The notes: a model not told the origin generated them from the letters alone. A stretch of DNA of 64,000 nt from Candidatus Woesearchaeota archaeon (GCA_041665465.1 JBAYIU010000001.1:985332-1049331), one strand, 5' to 3'; numbered from the stretch's first letter, positions 9,702 to 19,309 are shown. Made by a program: numbers and translations.

Positions 9702-9868
9702 GCCCCGGTAGTGTAGCCCGGACCAAGATAAACTTGTTTATTTTGGGGACAAACTATCATCCCACACTTTCGAGAACTTAATAAGTTTGAAGAGATGTGG
9801 GGACTCGGGTTCAAATGTTGGCGCTCGATAACAATTCGAACGTCAGTGAGAAATTCCCGACCGGGGCA
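9702..9868 (+). tRNA. tRNA-Glu(TTC) with three introns (9722-9752 D-loop, 9773-9794 at 37/38, 9816-9854 at 59/60)
   Basis: Acceptor GCCCCGG/CCGGGGC, anticodon arm CCACA-CT TTC G^A-TGTGG, T arm TCGGG-TTCAAA^T-CCCGA; 75-nt mature cloverleaf; BHB-like motifs; upstream TTTAAA. Confidence 0.92.
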
Positions 9869-9942
9869 CATTTTTATTTTATTTTTCAAGTGTGTCGCTT
9901 TGTCGACAAACATATATAAATCTGTTTATCCTTCTTTCAACT

Positions 9943-10164
9943 ATGGATGCCAATATACTTTTCGCTGTGATCACTGGGGTATTCTGTGGCTGGATGGTTT
10001 CGCATATGAAAGAATATATTACTGAACCGGTGTTAAACATATTTCTTAGGTTAGTACCGGAAAAGAGGTATATATGCAGGATTTTAATTCAAGCTTTAAC
10101 TTCAATGGCTAGTCTGATTCTTGTTTTTGTGATAATATTTATTGTTGAGTTGCTCTTCTTTTAA
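9943..10164 (+). CDS. Small membrane protein
   Basis: Two hydrophobic segments; ATG at 9943 downstream of a TATATAAA box. Confidence 0.5.
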   Translation: MDANILFAVITGVFCGWMVSHMKEYITEPVLNIFLRLVPEKRYICRILIQALTSMASLILVFVIIFIVELLFF

Positions 10165-10208
10165 TATAACCAAAACGTTTATTAAAACTTAAAGTATTCT
10201 TCATTTAA

Positions 10209-10787
10209 ATGAATATAAAAATGTTCTTAGGGATTGTATTTTTAGTATTTTTCATTATTGTTCTAGTTGGTTGTGATTCTTCAGTTTTTGCAAGTTTAAC
10301 TGGTTGTCCACAATTAAATATCTCAATGACACTTAGATGTCCCGAATCTATGCCCTGTTTACTTTATGATGGGGATATCATTGCAGATTTAACTAATCAG
10401 GAATATAGAGCACAGTCCAATTCTTACGTTAATTGTAGAGGAGCATCACTTGAAGGAGAGAATAAAAACTATCTTTATTGTGATGTTGGTGGAAGAATCG
10501 GACATATTAATACCAAAATAATCCAGCAGGCATCAGGATTTTTTGATTCCACATACGAGATTGAAAGAATACCTTTTGTTGTAAAAGTACCAAAAGAAGA
10601 AGGGGATGTTATTCAAAAACAAGAGCTCGTTAGAAAAAGTTTTACAAATATTTATTCTAAGGAAGATAGCGTATTTATCAAAACCATATGTGGGAAAGAC
10701 CCAGTTGAGATAGTTAAAGAGCGTCAAAAAGAGAAAACAAGACAATATAAGGAACGCGTAGGGCAGATTGGTAGCTTTTTTGAATAA
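10209..10787 (+). CDS. Secreted/lipoprotein-like Cys-rich hypothetical protein
   Basis: Signal peptide ending LVGC (lipobox-like); multiple Cys. Confidence 0.65.
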   Translation: MNIKMFLGIVFLVFFIIVLVGCDSSVFASLTGCPQLNISMTLRCPESMPCLLYDGDIIADLTNQEYRAQSNSYVNCRGASLEGENKNYLYCDVGGRIGHINTKIIQQASGFFDSTYEIERIPFVVKVPKEEGDVIQKQELVRKSFTNIYSKEDSVFIKTICGKDPVEIVKERQKEKTRQYKERVGQIGSFFE

Positions 10788-10828
10788 CCCTCCAAACATT
10801 TATATTATATGTTTGTTTAACTATACTT

Positions 10829-11248
10829 ATGTGGATAATAGATTTATGTATCAAATTATATGAATTGATTGTAGGATATAAAGCAAGATTAACGATTAAT
10901 AATGTTACAATTTATCCTCACGGAAAAGACCTTTTACAAGGGAGAGGGTCCCATTCTATCGATATCGATTTAATAATCAGAAATAAAAGTTCTAAATCTT
11001 CTACAGTTGAAGGAATATATTTAAATCTGAATGGTAAATCATTGAAAAATATTCTCCAAAAAAAGAACTTACTAATAGAATCATTAAATGTATTGAATAA
11101 TTATTCTAAATCAGTAGAATTACATACAAACACAAGTATCTCTGATCTTAAAAAAATTCTGAACAAAAATGTAAATAAATTAGAAATTATTGTTGCCCAT
11201 ACTTATGGTGAAGTAAAATGGAAAGAAGATATTGAGTTGAAACTCTAA
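10829..11248 (+). CDS. Hypothetical protein (very AT-rich)
   Basis: 139-aa ORF with beta-rich pattern. Confidence 0.55.
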   Translation: MWIIDLCIKLYELIVGYKARLTINNVTIYPHGKDLLQGRGSHSIDIDLIIRNKSSKSSTVEGIYLNLNGKSLKNILQKKNLLIESLNVLNNYSKSVELHTNTSISDLKKILNKNVNKLEIIVAHTYGEVKWKEDIELKL

Positions 11249-11459
11249 TTAATTGAACCTAATTTGTGTTATCCACCTGCAATTAAAAGTAATATCAAAG
11301 TGTCTAAAAAGACACTTCCCTTTTAGAACCGTTTAGTTTCCTTTAGTTTTTCAAAGAAGTTTTTCTATTTTCCTTGTTTGTAAGTTTGATAATTCCCACC
11401 TACTCACAAAGATACCTTTATAAAATATAAACTATTATCTCCCTTAAGGGTGATGGAAG

Positions 11460-12491
11460 ATTAAGAAATTTAGTGGATATATTCCTATAATCTTAGCGAT
11501 ACTATTAATAATCCTTTCTTTCTTCATCGTTAAACCATTCTTAGAAGCCATCTTGATGGGAGGAATCTTAGCTTACTTTGCTTATCCCCTGTATAAATGG
11601 ATCAATAAACACTTCTCTGATACTATTGCCTCTTTAGTGGTATGTGTCATCATCTTGGCGTTATTAGTTGTTCCAGCGGTATTTATAATAAATGTATTAG
11701 TAGAAGATTCTTACACCACTTTTAATTTAATTAAAGAAAAGCTATCTGTCGGATTATTATCAGAATGTACGAACTCTCTTTGTCAGAGAGTAGAAAGTCT
11801 GATTCAATTACCTTCAGTAAAGGGCCAAATTCAGACCGTTACTGAGTTTCTTACCTCTAAAGTGTTCCAGTTAGGGTCACAATTCTTACTGAGTCTTCCT
11901 CGGTTTATCTTAAATCTATTTGTAATGTTTTTCACTTTGTTCTACTTCCTTAAACATGGAAAACATTTCTTAGTAAAAATAAGCAAATATTTGAGCATGC
12001 AGAAAAAGGAGTATGCCTATATCCTTTCCAGATTAAGCGAGATTGTACATGGAGTAGTTTATGGTTATTTAATGGTAGCATTAATTCAAGGTGCTTTGGG
12101 AGCATTAGGTTTCTTAATCTTTGGAGTTTCTTCTCCTTTTTTCTGGGGTTTAATTATGGCCTTATTTGCTCTGATTCCTATTTTAGGTACAGGAGTAGTG
12201 TGGGTGCCAGCTTCCTTGATTTTATTCTTTGATGGAATGATTCAAAGTTCTAACTCTTTAATGTTTAAGGGAATCGGATTATTCTTGTATGGACTATTAA
12301 TTGTTAGTACCATTGACAATATTCTTAAACCAAAATTAATCAGCGAGAAAGCTAAAGTTCATCCAGTAATTATCATGATTGGAGTATTCGGGGGACTATT
12401 GTTGTTCGGTCCATTAGGAGTGATTATCGGTCCGTTAGTTTTGGCTACCACTCAAGTAGTATTTGAAACTTATCTTAACAAGAAAGTTTGA
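11460..12491 (+). CDS. AI-2E family transporter
   Basis: PFLEAIL...LAY..YPLY, IPILGT..VWVP, DNILKP, HPVII..GVFGG...GPLGVIIGP; frame is open from 11454 but has no ATG/GTG/TTG before 11553. Confidence 0.85.
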   Translation: MKKFSGYIPIILAILLIILSFFIVKPFLEAILMGGILAYFAYPLYKWINKHFSDTIASLVVCVIILALLVVPAVFIINVLVEDSYTTFNLIKEKLSVGLLSECTNSLCQRVESLIQLPSVKGQIQTVTEFLTSKVFQLGSQFLLSLPRFILNLFVMFFTLFYFLKHGKHFLVKISKYLSMQKKEYAYILSRLSEIVHGVVYGYLMVALIQGALGALGFLIFGVSSPFFWGLIMALFALIPILGTGVVWVPASLILFFDGMIQSSNSLMFKGIGLFLYGLLIVSTIDNILKPKLISEKAKVHPVIIMIGVFGGLLLFGPLGVIIGPLVLATTQVVFETYLNKKV

Positions 12492-12956
12492 TCATACTGG
12501 TCTACTTCTAGCATAATTGACCAATTGTTGAAGATAAGCTTCAATCTGCATCTCTTCCGGGATATTCTCTACCTTAAGTTTATTCCCTAAATCCAGATGA
12601 TAAGTCTTGAATCTCTTGTCCACAAAACTTTGCACTCTTACTACTTGAGAAACTTGAGTATAAAAAATAGCTTTCTTGTGTAACATAATCCGGTTCTGAT
12701 AAAATCGGTAAGGTTGGCCTACTTGGTGATACCCTAAATAAATTCCCAAAGCCAGAATCATTCCTAATAAAACAATAGAAGCTAAGTTAACCGCACTTTG
12801 TTGTTCAGCGTCTAGTTGTAATAAAGATAAATTTAGCAGGATTCCTGCATAGAATAATCCTCCCAGAACTATTAAAGTGATAATCTTGGGTACCATCACT
12901 CTCTTCTTATTCTGCGGTAAAAGGTACAAAGGCTGCTCTGGGGTTTGTTCTACCAT
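12492..12956 (-). CDS. Two-TM membrane protein with bacterial PH-like C-terminal domain
   Basis: Two TM helices then YRFYQNRI...QSFVDKRF pattern. Confidence 0.6.
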   Translation of the reverse strand: MVEQTPEQPLYLLPQNKKRVMVPKIITLIVLGGLFYAGILLNLSLLQLDAEQQSAVNLASIVLLGMILALGIYLGYHQVGQPYRFYQNRIMLHKKAIFYTQVSQVVRVQSFVDKRFKTYHLDLGNKLKVENIPEEMQIEAYLQQLVNYARSRPV

Positions 12957-13052
12957 AGTCTGAAGGATTATTTTTTGGTTTATATGGTTTACTGAAGAAG
13001 AGGGATTAAAAACAAAAGATTTTTTAAATAAAGCCGGAAATTGATACCTTGT

Positions 13053-13193
13053 GGACCCATAGTCTAGCGGCTATAACGACTCGTTGACGAGAACATTCTC
13101 AAAGTCGAGTAGATCCCCGGTTCGAATATAAGAGCAGTCTGCCCTTATCAACCCCCACAAGAAGGTTGAAATACGAAAGTCCGGGTGGGTCCA
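13053..13193 (+). tRNA. tRNA-Val(GAC) with two introns (13090-13104 at 37/38; 13127-13179 at 59/60)
   Basis: Acceptor GGACCCA/TGGGTCC, ACTCG-TT GAC G^T-CGAGT, CCCGG-TTCGAA^T-CCGGG; central helices TTGA/TCAA and TTCG/CGAA; 73-nt mature. Confidence 0.92.
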
Positions 13194-13249
13194 CTCATTT
13201 TCTTCCACCTTTTAGAAAATGTTATAAACCTGAATAAAGTATCTTAAGT

Positions 13250-14374
13250 ATGCATAATGATCATCATTTTTGGTGGAGATACTTCCCTAAGAAAGAATTA
13301 ACTCAAGTTTACATCTCTGCAGCTATCCGTTCTTTTGCTATTTCTCTGATTAGTTTATTCGTTCCGTTATACTTGTACGTAGAATTAGGATACAGTTTAA
13401 ATCAAACTATCTGGATGTTTATGGTTTATGCTGTGGCTCTGGCGGTATTCTCACCGATAGCAGCAAAGTTTGCTGCTAGATTTGGATTTAAACATTCAGT
13501 ATTAGTTAGTGTTCCTTTATACTTAGGATTTATCGGAATGTTATATCTTCTACCTTTCTATAAGATTCCTCTTTATGTCCTAGGTATAACTTTAGGAACC
13601 TCTTTAGCTTTCTATTGGATGGGAATGCATCTTATTTTCATGAAAGCTAGTGATTGTAAACATCGAGGGGAAGAAGTAGGAAAGAGAGAAAGCATTTCTA
13701 TTCTAGCTACTATGGTTGGTCCAATCCTGGGAGGATTATTGATTAACCTCTTAGGATTTAAACCGGTATTTCTCTTTACTGGAATATTGTTATTTATTTC
13801 TGCCTTCTTCTTGTTCTTAAGTAAAGACCAGCATACTCGCTACCATTTCTCTTTAACTTCTTTATTTGATCCTAAGGAGTGGAAAAATTATTTATTCTTT
13901 ATCTCTAGAGGGACTCGGGCCTTAGCTGCAGGAGTAATCTGGCCCTTGTTTATTTTTGTGATCTTGAAAGATTATCTTTCTTTGGGGATAGTAGAGTCAA
14001 TCCTAGCCGGGATAAGCGCCTTTTTGTTATGGTTCATGGGCAGATATAGCGACCATCTAAATAAACATAAAATATTACATTGGACTACTTGGTTTGAAGC
14101 TCTGTCTTGGGGAGGCCGAGCATTAGTAACCACTATCGATCAAATCTTAAGTGTAACTATCTTTGGTTCTTTAACTTACGGAATATTTGAAGCTCCAGCC
14201 GGAGCTTTAGAGTATGATAAAGCTTGTGGAGATAAAACCGCTTACTTTGTGAACAGAGAAATCTTTATTTGTGTGGGTAGGCTATTGGTGGGGGGAGTTG
14301 TGTTGCTAACTAGTAGCTTAATAGGGGGATTATTATTCAATGGGGTGGCTACTTTTGCTACTTTCTTATTCTAA
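13250..14374 (+). CDS. MFS transporter
   Basis: About 12 hydrophobic segments; AARFGFK and GRYSDHLNK loop motifs. Confidence 0.85.
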   Translation: MHNDHHFWWRYFPKKELTQVYISAAIRSFAISLISLFVPLYLYVELGYSLNQTIWMFMVYAVALAVFSPIAAKFAARFGFKHSVLVSVPLYLGFIGMLYLLPFYKIPLYVLGITLGTSLAFYWMGMHLIFMKASDCKHRGEEVGKRESISILATMVGPILGGLLINLLGFKPVFLFTGILLFISAFFLFLSKDQHTRYHFSLTSLFDPKEWKNYLFFISRGTRALAAGVIWPLFIFVILKDYLSLGIVESILAGISAFLLWFMGRYSDHLNKHKILHWTTWFEALSWGGRALVTTIDQILSVTIFGSLTYGIFEAPAGALEYDKACGDKTAYFVNREIFICVGRLLVGGVVLLTSSLIGGLLFNGVATFATFLF

Positions 14375-14376
14375 CC

Positions 14377-15024
14377 ATGAATGCAGAAACAGAATTTTTA
14401 TCCGGACTGATTAAGTTACAGTATGGAATGAAGGTCGAACCTAGACTTAGAAGGTTAGCTAAAAAAGTAACTTGGGCGAAAAACTGGCCTCAAGATAGAA
14501 CTTCTTTCTGGAACGCAGAAGCGTTTATGTGGGGTCATAAAATCCAGAAAGAAAGACGTGATTTAATAAAAAAAGAACTTTCCTTTCTAAAAGGAAAGAA
14601 TTTAGATCTGGGTTGTGGCAGTTATTCTTATCTTCCTTCTGTGGGGTTTGATCTTTCTTCCAAAATGCTTGATTTTAATGAAAACCTTTCTAAAAAAGTA
14701 ATTGGAGATTTAGAACATGCTTTACCTTTTAAGCCAAATTCCTTCGATTCAGTTACAGCTATCTTTGTGTTAAATTATGTTAAAAATTATCCCCTACTAT
14801 TTACAGAAGTACACCGAGTTCTCAAAGATCAAGGCAATTTTGTGGCTTTATTGAGCGCTAAAGGGGTACAGGCCTGGCATGCTCAGCAACAAGTTAATTC
14901 TTTTACTTCTTTAATATGGAAGAAAAACTTACAGAAGTCGGGGTTTAAAGTAAAGGTTAAGATCAAGGATAAGTTATGTTTCTTCTTCTGTCAAAAAGCA
15001 ACCAAAAAGTCACCCTGGCCGTAA
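14377..15024 (+). CDS. Class I SAM-dependent methyltransferase
   Basis: LDLGCG, GFDLS, LPF..NSFD, EVHRVLK. Confidence 0.85.
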   Translation: MNAETEFLSGLIKLQYGMKVEPRLRRLAKKVTWAKNWPQDRTSFWNAEAFMWGHKIQKERRDLIKKELSFLKGKNLDLGCGSYSYLPSVGFDLSSKMLDFNENLSKKVIGDLEHALPFKPNSFDSVTAIFVLNYVKNYPLLFTEVHRVLKDQGNFVALLSAKGVQAWHAQQQVNSFTSLIWKKNLQKSGFKVKVKIKDKLCFFFCQKATKKSPWP

Positions 15025-15124
15025 AACAAGTGATCCTTAGTAAGTATATTTGAAAAGGAGCATCTACCAATTCTCATTTAGGATAGCAGTTCTTGTTTTA
15101 TCTCCTGGCCTAGGTGGTGACTTT
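15006..15124. ncRNA. Candidate structured RNA or palindromic element (~120 nt, unassigned)
   Basis: Nested inverted repeats AAAGTCACC/GGTGACTTT, GGCC/GGCC, TAAAACAAG/CTTGTTTTA, ATCCT/AGGAT. Confidence 0.45.
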
Positions 15125-15179
15125 CAAAAAGATAAAACTTATTAAGGTTTGAAGCTATTCTTCATTAAAAAGAGGAAAG

Positions 15180-16739
15180 ATGGACGAAACACAATTATGG
15201 AGAGATCTTCTGAAAGAAGGAGATCCTAAACGTTCTGAATTATTAGTAAAGTATGGTTTCATTAAAAAGGAAGCTTTAAGCAAATATCAATATAATAAAG
15301 AAAAAGCGGTGTATGAAGCTGCTCCCGGATATGAATTTAGTAACGATGATGCCGCAGAAGAGAATACTGAAATTCTTAAAGATCAGTATGGTAAAACCGG
15401 TTTTCCTGCTTCATTTAAGAAATATAAAGCAATATGGGAAGTGTACGATTTGAGTTTAGAAGAACCTTATTTCTGGGTTTTAGACAGTTTGAAAGAAAAC
15501 TTTCCAGAAATATTAAAATTAGAAGATTCCTTTGCAGCGGCAGAAAATTCTGCTTTCTTTGGAGTTACTCAGCAAAGGTTGGGTGCACAACAAGATAAAG
15601 TATCTCAATACCTGGCTACTACCGGAAAGATGATTAAAGAAATGTTCCAGATGGTTAGAGAATTAAGAATCTTAGATGAACGTCTTGGTTATTATGACGA
15701 TGTGGATGTCGAATTGAAGAAACCTCTCTCTCAGCGAGGTAAAAGTTCTGATATAACTCTCAAAGGAGTGTTTATCGATTTGGTTCAAGGAGGAGGTAAA
15801 AGTGCTTCTTCTGTTTATGGAATGGCCAGAGAATTAGAGTTTGTCACTCTGCCCGATTTATTCTTCGATACCCCGCCGTTGAAAAGTAAAGGCGAACTGG
15901 AAGGGCATATGGTTGGATTAAGTAAAGATTTCAATCGTAGCGTGCTAAGGGTTTTAGAGCGACATCTTGCTCAATATATCGAATGGCGTGTTCGTACTGG
16001 CCAAGAACATCGTAGCCGTAAACGTTTCATGTTACAATACTTGTTACAACATTTCCGTATCATTCAGATGTACATCGTGTGGGTAAAACCATACTTGAAG
16101 CATGTAGCTAAACTTAACGTGAAAGAATCACGGATGAAATCGCCAGATCTAGTTTCTGCTTTTGAAGGAAGCATGTTGGATATAGAGATATTAGCTAAAA
16201 AGAAAAAAGGTAAAGCTAACGAATGTATTCTGGTTACTTTCAATTATCGTACTCGGCCTGAACTTAAAATTCAGCAAGAAGGATATCAGCGTGGACCAGT
16301 ACACATCGGTAAGATGGAAATGAATCTGAGGGTGTATGGATGGACCGATGAAGAGATCAAGAATTATATTCGGCTCAAAGAGAAAGAAACTATGCTTTTG
16401 ATGTCAGACATTTCTGGAGCAGTATTCAACGCTATGGAAGCTTTGGGAGAAGAATTGGATCGTTATATCGCTGAAGCTAAAGGTGAAGAGTATAAAGAGA
16501 AAGGAGAAGATAAGAAGAATTCTTCAAAAGTTAAAAAAACCTTCATGGAAAAATTCTTAGGCGATTTCTATACTCCTTCTGAAACTAAAGCCAAGATGAA
16601 AGGCACGAGTGCTAAAGAGCTTAGACAGAAAGTAGCAGGAGAAGAAGGGGCAAAGAAAGAAGCAGCAAAAGGTGCTGCAGGTACTTGTTGGAACACTTAT
16701 AATAATTTCAAGAAGTCTCGTGGAATGATTTCCTGGTAA
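15180..16739 (+). CDS. Large hypothetical soluble protein
   Basis: 519-aa ORF with GAGG SD, mostly helical, no catalytic motif recognised. Confidence 0.75.
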   Translation: MDETQLWRDLLKEGDPKRSELLVKYGFIKKEALSKYQYNKEKAVYEAAPGYEFSNDDAAEENTEILKDQYGKTGFPASFKKYKAIWEVYDLSLEEPYFWVLDSLKENFPEILKLEDSFAAAENSAFFGVTQQRLGAQQDKVSQYLATTGKMIKEMFQMVRELRILDERLGYYDDVDVELKKPLSQRGKSSDITLKGVFIDLVQGGGKSASSVYGMARELEFVTLPDLFFDTPPLKSKGELEGHMVGLSKDFNRSVLRVLERHLAQYIEWRVRTGQEHRSRKRFMLQYLLQHFRIIQMYIVWVKPYLKHVAKLNVKESRMKSPDLVSAFEGSMLDIEILAKKKKGKANECILVTFNYRTRPELKIQQEGYQRGPVHIGKMEMNLRVYGWTDEEIKNYIRLKEKETMLLMSDISGAVFNAMEALGEELDRYIAEAKGEEYKEKGEDKKNSSKVKKTFMEKFLGDFYTPSETKAKMKGTSAKELRQKVAGEEGAKKEAAKGAAGTCWNTYNNFKKSRGMISW

Positions 16740-16748
16740 GTTTGGTTA

Positions 16749-17012
16749 TTATTCTTTCTTTTTAGAGTTTTTCTGATTCGAAAGAAGTGCATATGCTACG
16801 CCTAACCCTCCGAAGGCTAACTTCCCCTTAGCATAAAGAAGATCTACATAGCAATTACCAGGTGAACAGAGATCTACATGATTGACCACTCCTTGATACA
16901 TTTTCTGAACCAGACTTGTGCCAGTTCCGTCTGGAGCAAATAAATCGTAAAGTCCCCAACAAGCCAATCCTGCTCCTGCAACTCCCACAATAATTTCTAA
17001 TTTTTTATTCAT
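16749..17012 (-). CDS. Small membrane protein
   Basis: N- and C-terminal hydrophobic segments. Confidence 0.5.
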   Translation of the reverse strand: MNKKLEIIVGVAGAGLACWGLYDLFAPDGTGTSLVQKMYQGVVNHVDLCSPGNCYVDLLYAKGKLAFGGLGVAYALLSNQKNSKKKE

Positions 17013-17114
17013 AGATACTACTTCTTAGGGGTACTATTTAAATCTTTTGGTAAGGTTGAAAGTAGGTAAGCGGAATTTTCATTCAAATTTAAACCAGAAA
17101 ATATAAAGAATTAC

Positions 17115-17540
17115 TTAAATAACAAAATCCTCTCTGAGGAAAACTAATGCTTCCAAATCTTTTAGTTCGTTGACTAATTGTTCTGTAGTGTCGAGGGGCT
17201 TTAGTAGATACGTTCCTTCGCTTCCGGCGGTGTATCCTCTTTCTCCAGTTAAAACTTTGTAAAATTCAGTGGTGGTTATTTCTCTAGCTACAGCTAGTCC
17301 TAGTCCTCTCATTTCCGGTTTTTCTGTGGTCTTGGCAATCCCCATAATATACATTCTTTCTACCAAACCCGCTCCATTCTTCTTAATTGTCTCTTCTTTA
17401 TTAGGATTAGCAATCAGGCCCGGAGTAAATGTGGCAGCACCAATTTTCCACAGACTGTCCTCTCCTAATTGTTGTCTTAAGTGTTGAGCATAAGCAGTTC
17501 TTACTTCTGGTTGTTCCATTAAAGGTATTGTTTCGTACAT
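17115..17540 (-). CDS. Hypothetical protein
   Basis: 141-aa ORF with upstream TTATAAA box. Confidence 0.6.
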   Translation of the reverse strand: MYETIPLMEQPEVRTAYAQHLRQQLGEDSLWKIGAATFTPGLIANPNKEETIKKNGAGLVERMYIMGIAKTTEKPEMRGLGLAVAREITTTEFYKVLTGERGYTAGSEGTYLLKPLDTTEQLVNELKDLEALVFLREDFVI

Positions 17541-17656
17541 GGTGAATTATTTCACTAGGGGAAGTTTATAAGTTTTTATCCTGTGAGATAGTTACATTCT
17601 AGTTCGTATTTCTTCCTCCTAAAACTTTTTATACTTCTTCCTCTATTAAGGTTAAT

Positions 17657-18292
17657 ATGGCTAAAGATGATCTAAAGAACTTACCTCCAGAAGAACGGAT
17701 TAAGAAACTAAAAGAGTTAGAACAACAGAAAAGGAAAGAGATAGAAGATGCTCAAAAGGAAATAAAGGAGAGCGAGAAGGAATTAACTGAAAAGCGAAAA
17801 CAAAAAGAGAAAACACCTATCCCTCAAGTAGCTAGCAGTGATTTAGAAAGTCTAAGCGAAGAAGAAAAAGAAGTGGTGCGTACTCATCGGGGATTGAAGA
17901 AAGAGAAAAAGGAAGCGGTAGAAGAAAAAACCGTTAAACCTCAACGAGTGGACGATTCTGAATTAGAACATCTAGCTAGAGAAAGAGTAGAACTTCCTCC
18001 AGAATTGATGCAATCAGAATATACCTTGAAGCTTAGTCAAGCTCCCATGAAAGACATATATGCGGAGATGACTAAAATCAATCGGGCAGTAGAAGAAAAA
18101 GGGTATATCAATGCGGAAGAACAGAGAAAAGCTCAATATCTAAGTTCAGCCGTGGAAAGAAAACTGGAAGATGTGGAAACAGGAAAATACTCTTTTACTG
18201 AATCAGTCGCAGCTGCTGCTAGTTTAACTCAGCAGATGGGTCTTAAACTTAGAGATGTGTATAAAAGAAGTAACGATTTATATAAAAATTAA
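17657..18292 (+). CDS. Coiled-coil hypothetical protein
   Basis: E/K-rich N-terminus (PEERIKKLKELEQQKRKEIE). Confidence 0.7.
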   Translation: MAKDDLKNLPPEERIKKLKELEQQKRKEIEDAQKEIKESEKELTEKRKQKEKTPIPQVASSDLESLSEEEKEVVRTHRGLKKEKKEAVEEKTVKPQRVDDSELEHLARERVELPPELMQSEYTLKLSQAPMKDIYAEMTKINRAVEEKGYINAEEQRKAQYLSSAVERKLEDVETGKYSFTESVAAAASLTQQMGLKLRDVYKRSNDLYKN

Positions 18293-19191
18293 TTCTTAAC
18301 AATTATTGTTTCCGGAATCTTTTCTTCACTAACATTCATCACTGCACGTAATCCATCAATGACTTTACTTTTCTGTGCATTTAAATCGTTAAGATTCTTT
18401 TCCGAGATCATTTTATCTGCGTTAACTCGATCAAACAATTGTTGGTTTAAATTAATGCATTTATAGATTAAATGGATAGTCACATCTCTTCTCCATTCCA
18501 GTTTGTTCTGGTCTAAGATCCCAATTAGCTCGTTGACCTTCTCAAAAGAATTAATTACACTATTAAATACCAATTCCGTGTTTAAGGTGTCTAATACTTT
18601 AGTATACTGACTACCATCTTGTCGATATACTAAAGCATAAACTTCACGTAAGATATCTTCTAAAGAAGAAATATAAGTATATAAGTCGCTAATCTCTCGC
18701 TTGTGCACTTCTTTTTCTTCTACTCGGCTGATGATCCTGCTGATGTTTTGTCTAAATACCAATAAAGAAGAACGTACTCGATTGACTTTCTCATGAAAAG
18801 ATAATTCGTAAATCTCTTCTAGAATAATATTCTGTTTGATAGAAACAAATTTAGAAGTAACTACCGCTAATAACAAAAATCCAAAAATCACTTCAAAGAT
18901 GGCTACCACTTTAAACATTCCAAAAGGGACAATATCTCCAAATCCGGTAGTGGTAGCAGTAATAAAGCTAAAGTAAACATGATTTAATATTCCTTCTACC
19001 GGTCCATTGGTAGGATTATAATGCAAATAAGAGACGTCTGTACTGAAGAAATAATAAGATAACCCGAATAGGAATACTAAAGTTATCCACACGGAGAGAA
19101 TTGCCGCGAAAGAAAGTTTATCGAACCAACTGTTAACTTTTTTCTGAGCGATTTGATCTACAAATTCGTCAATGGGAGTAAAATTTTTCAT
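18289..19191 (-). CDS. Potassium-channel family (2TM pore) protein with helical C-terminal domain
   Basis: YFSFITATTTGFGDIVP pore/selectivity filter flanked by TM helices. Confidence 0.88.
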   Translation of the reverse strand: MKNFTPIDEFVDQIAQKKVNSWFDKLSFAAILSVWITLVFLFGLSYYFFSTDVSYLHYNPTNGPVEGILNHVYFSFITATTTGFGDIVPFGMFKVVAIFEVIFGFLLLAVVTSKFVSIKQNIILEEIYELSFHEKVNRVRSSLLVFRQNISRIISRVEEKEVHKREISDLYTYISSLEDILREVYALVYRQDGSQYTKVLDTLNTELVFNSVINSFEKVNELIGILDQNKLEWRRDVTIHLIYKCINLNQQLFDRVNADKMISEKNLNDLNAQKSKVIDGLRAVMNVSEEKIPETIIVKN

Positions 19192-19309
19192 CTAGGCCTC
19201 TTTTAGTGCTAATTCCTTAATGGGTAGTTAATAAAGCTTTTTATTTAAAGCTTCCTTTTAGGTTCGAGTAAGGATAACTTTTATATACCTATAAAAAATA
19301 GTTTTACCC

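Noticed and set aside
9698..10025. ORFs 9698-9913(-) and 9795-10025(+)
   Set aside because: They overlap the intron-containing tRNA-Glu gene and have no protein motifs; spurious
15006..15124. 5S rRNA, SRP RNA or RNase P RNA identity for the structured element
   Set aside because: Size fits 5S but the conserved CCGAAC loop, the SRP helix-8 GNRA/AGCAG arrangement and RNase P CR-V are not present on either strand
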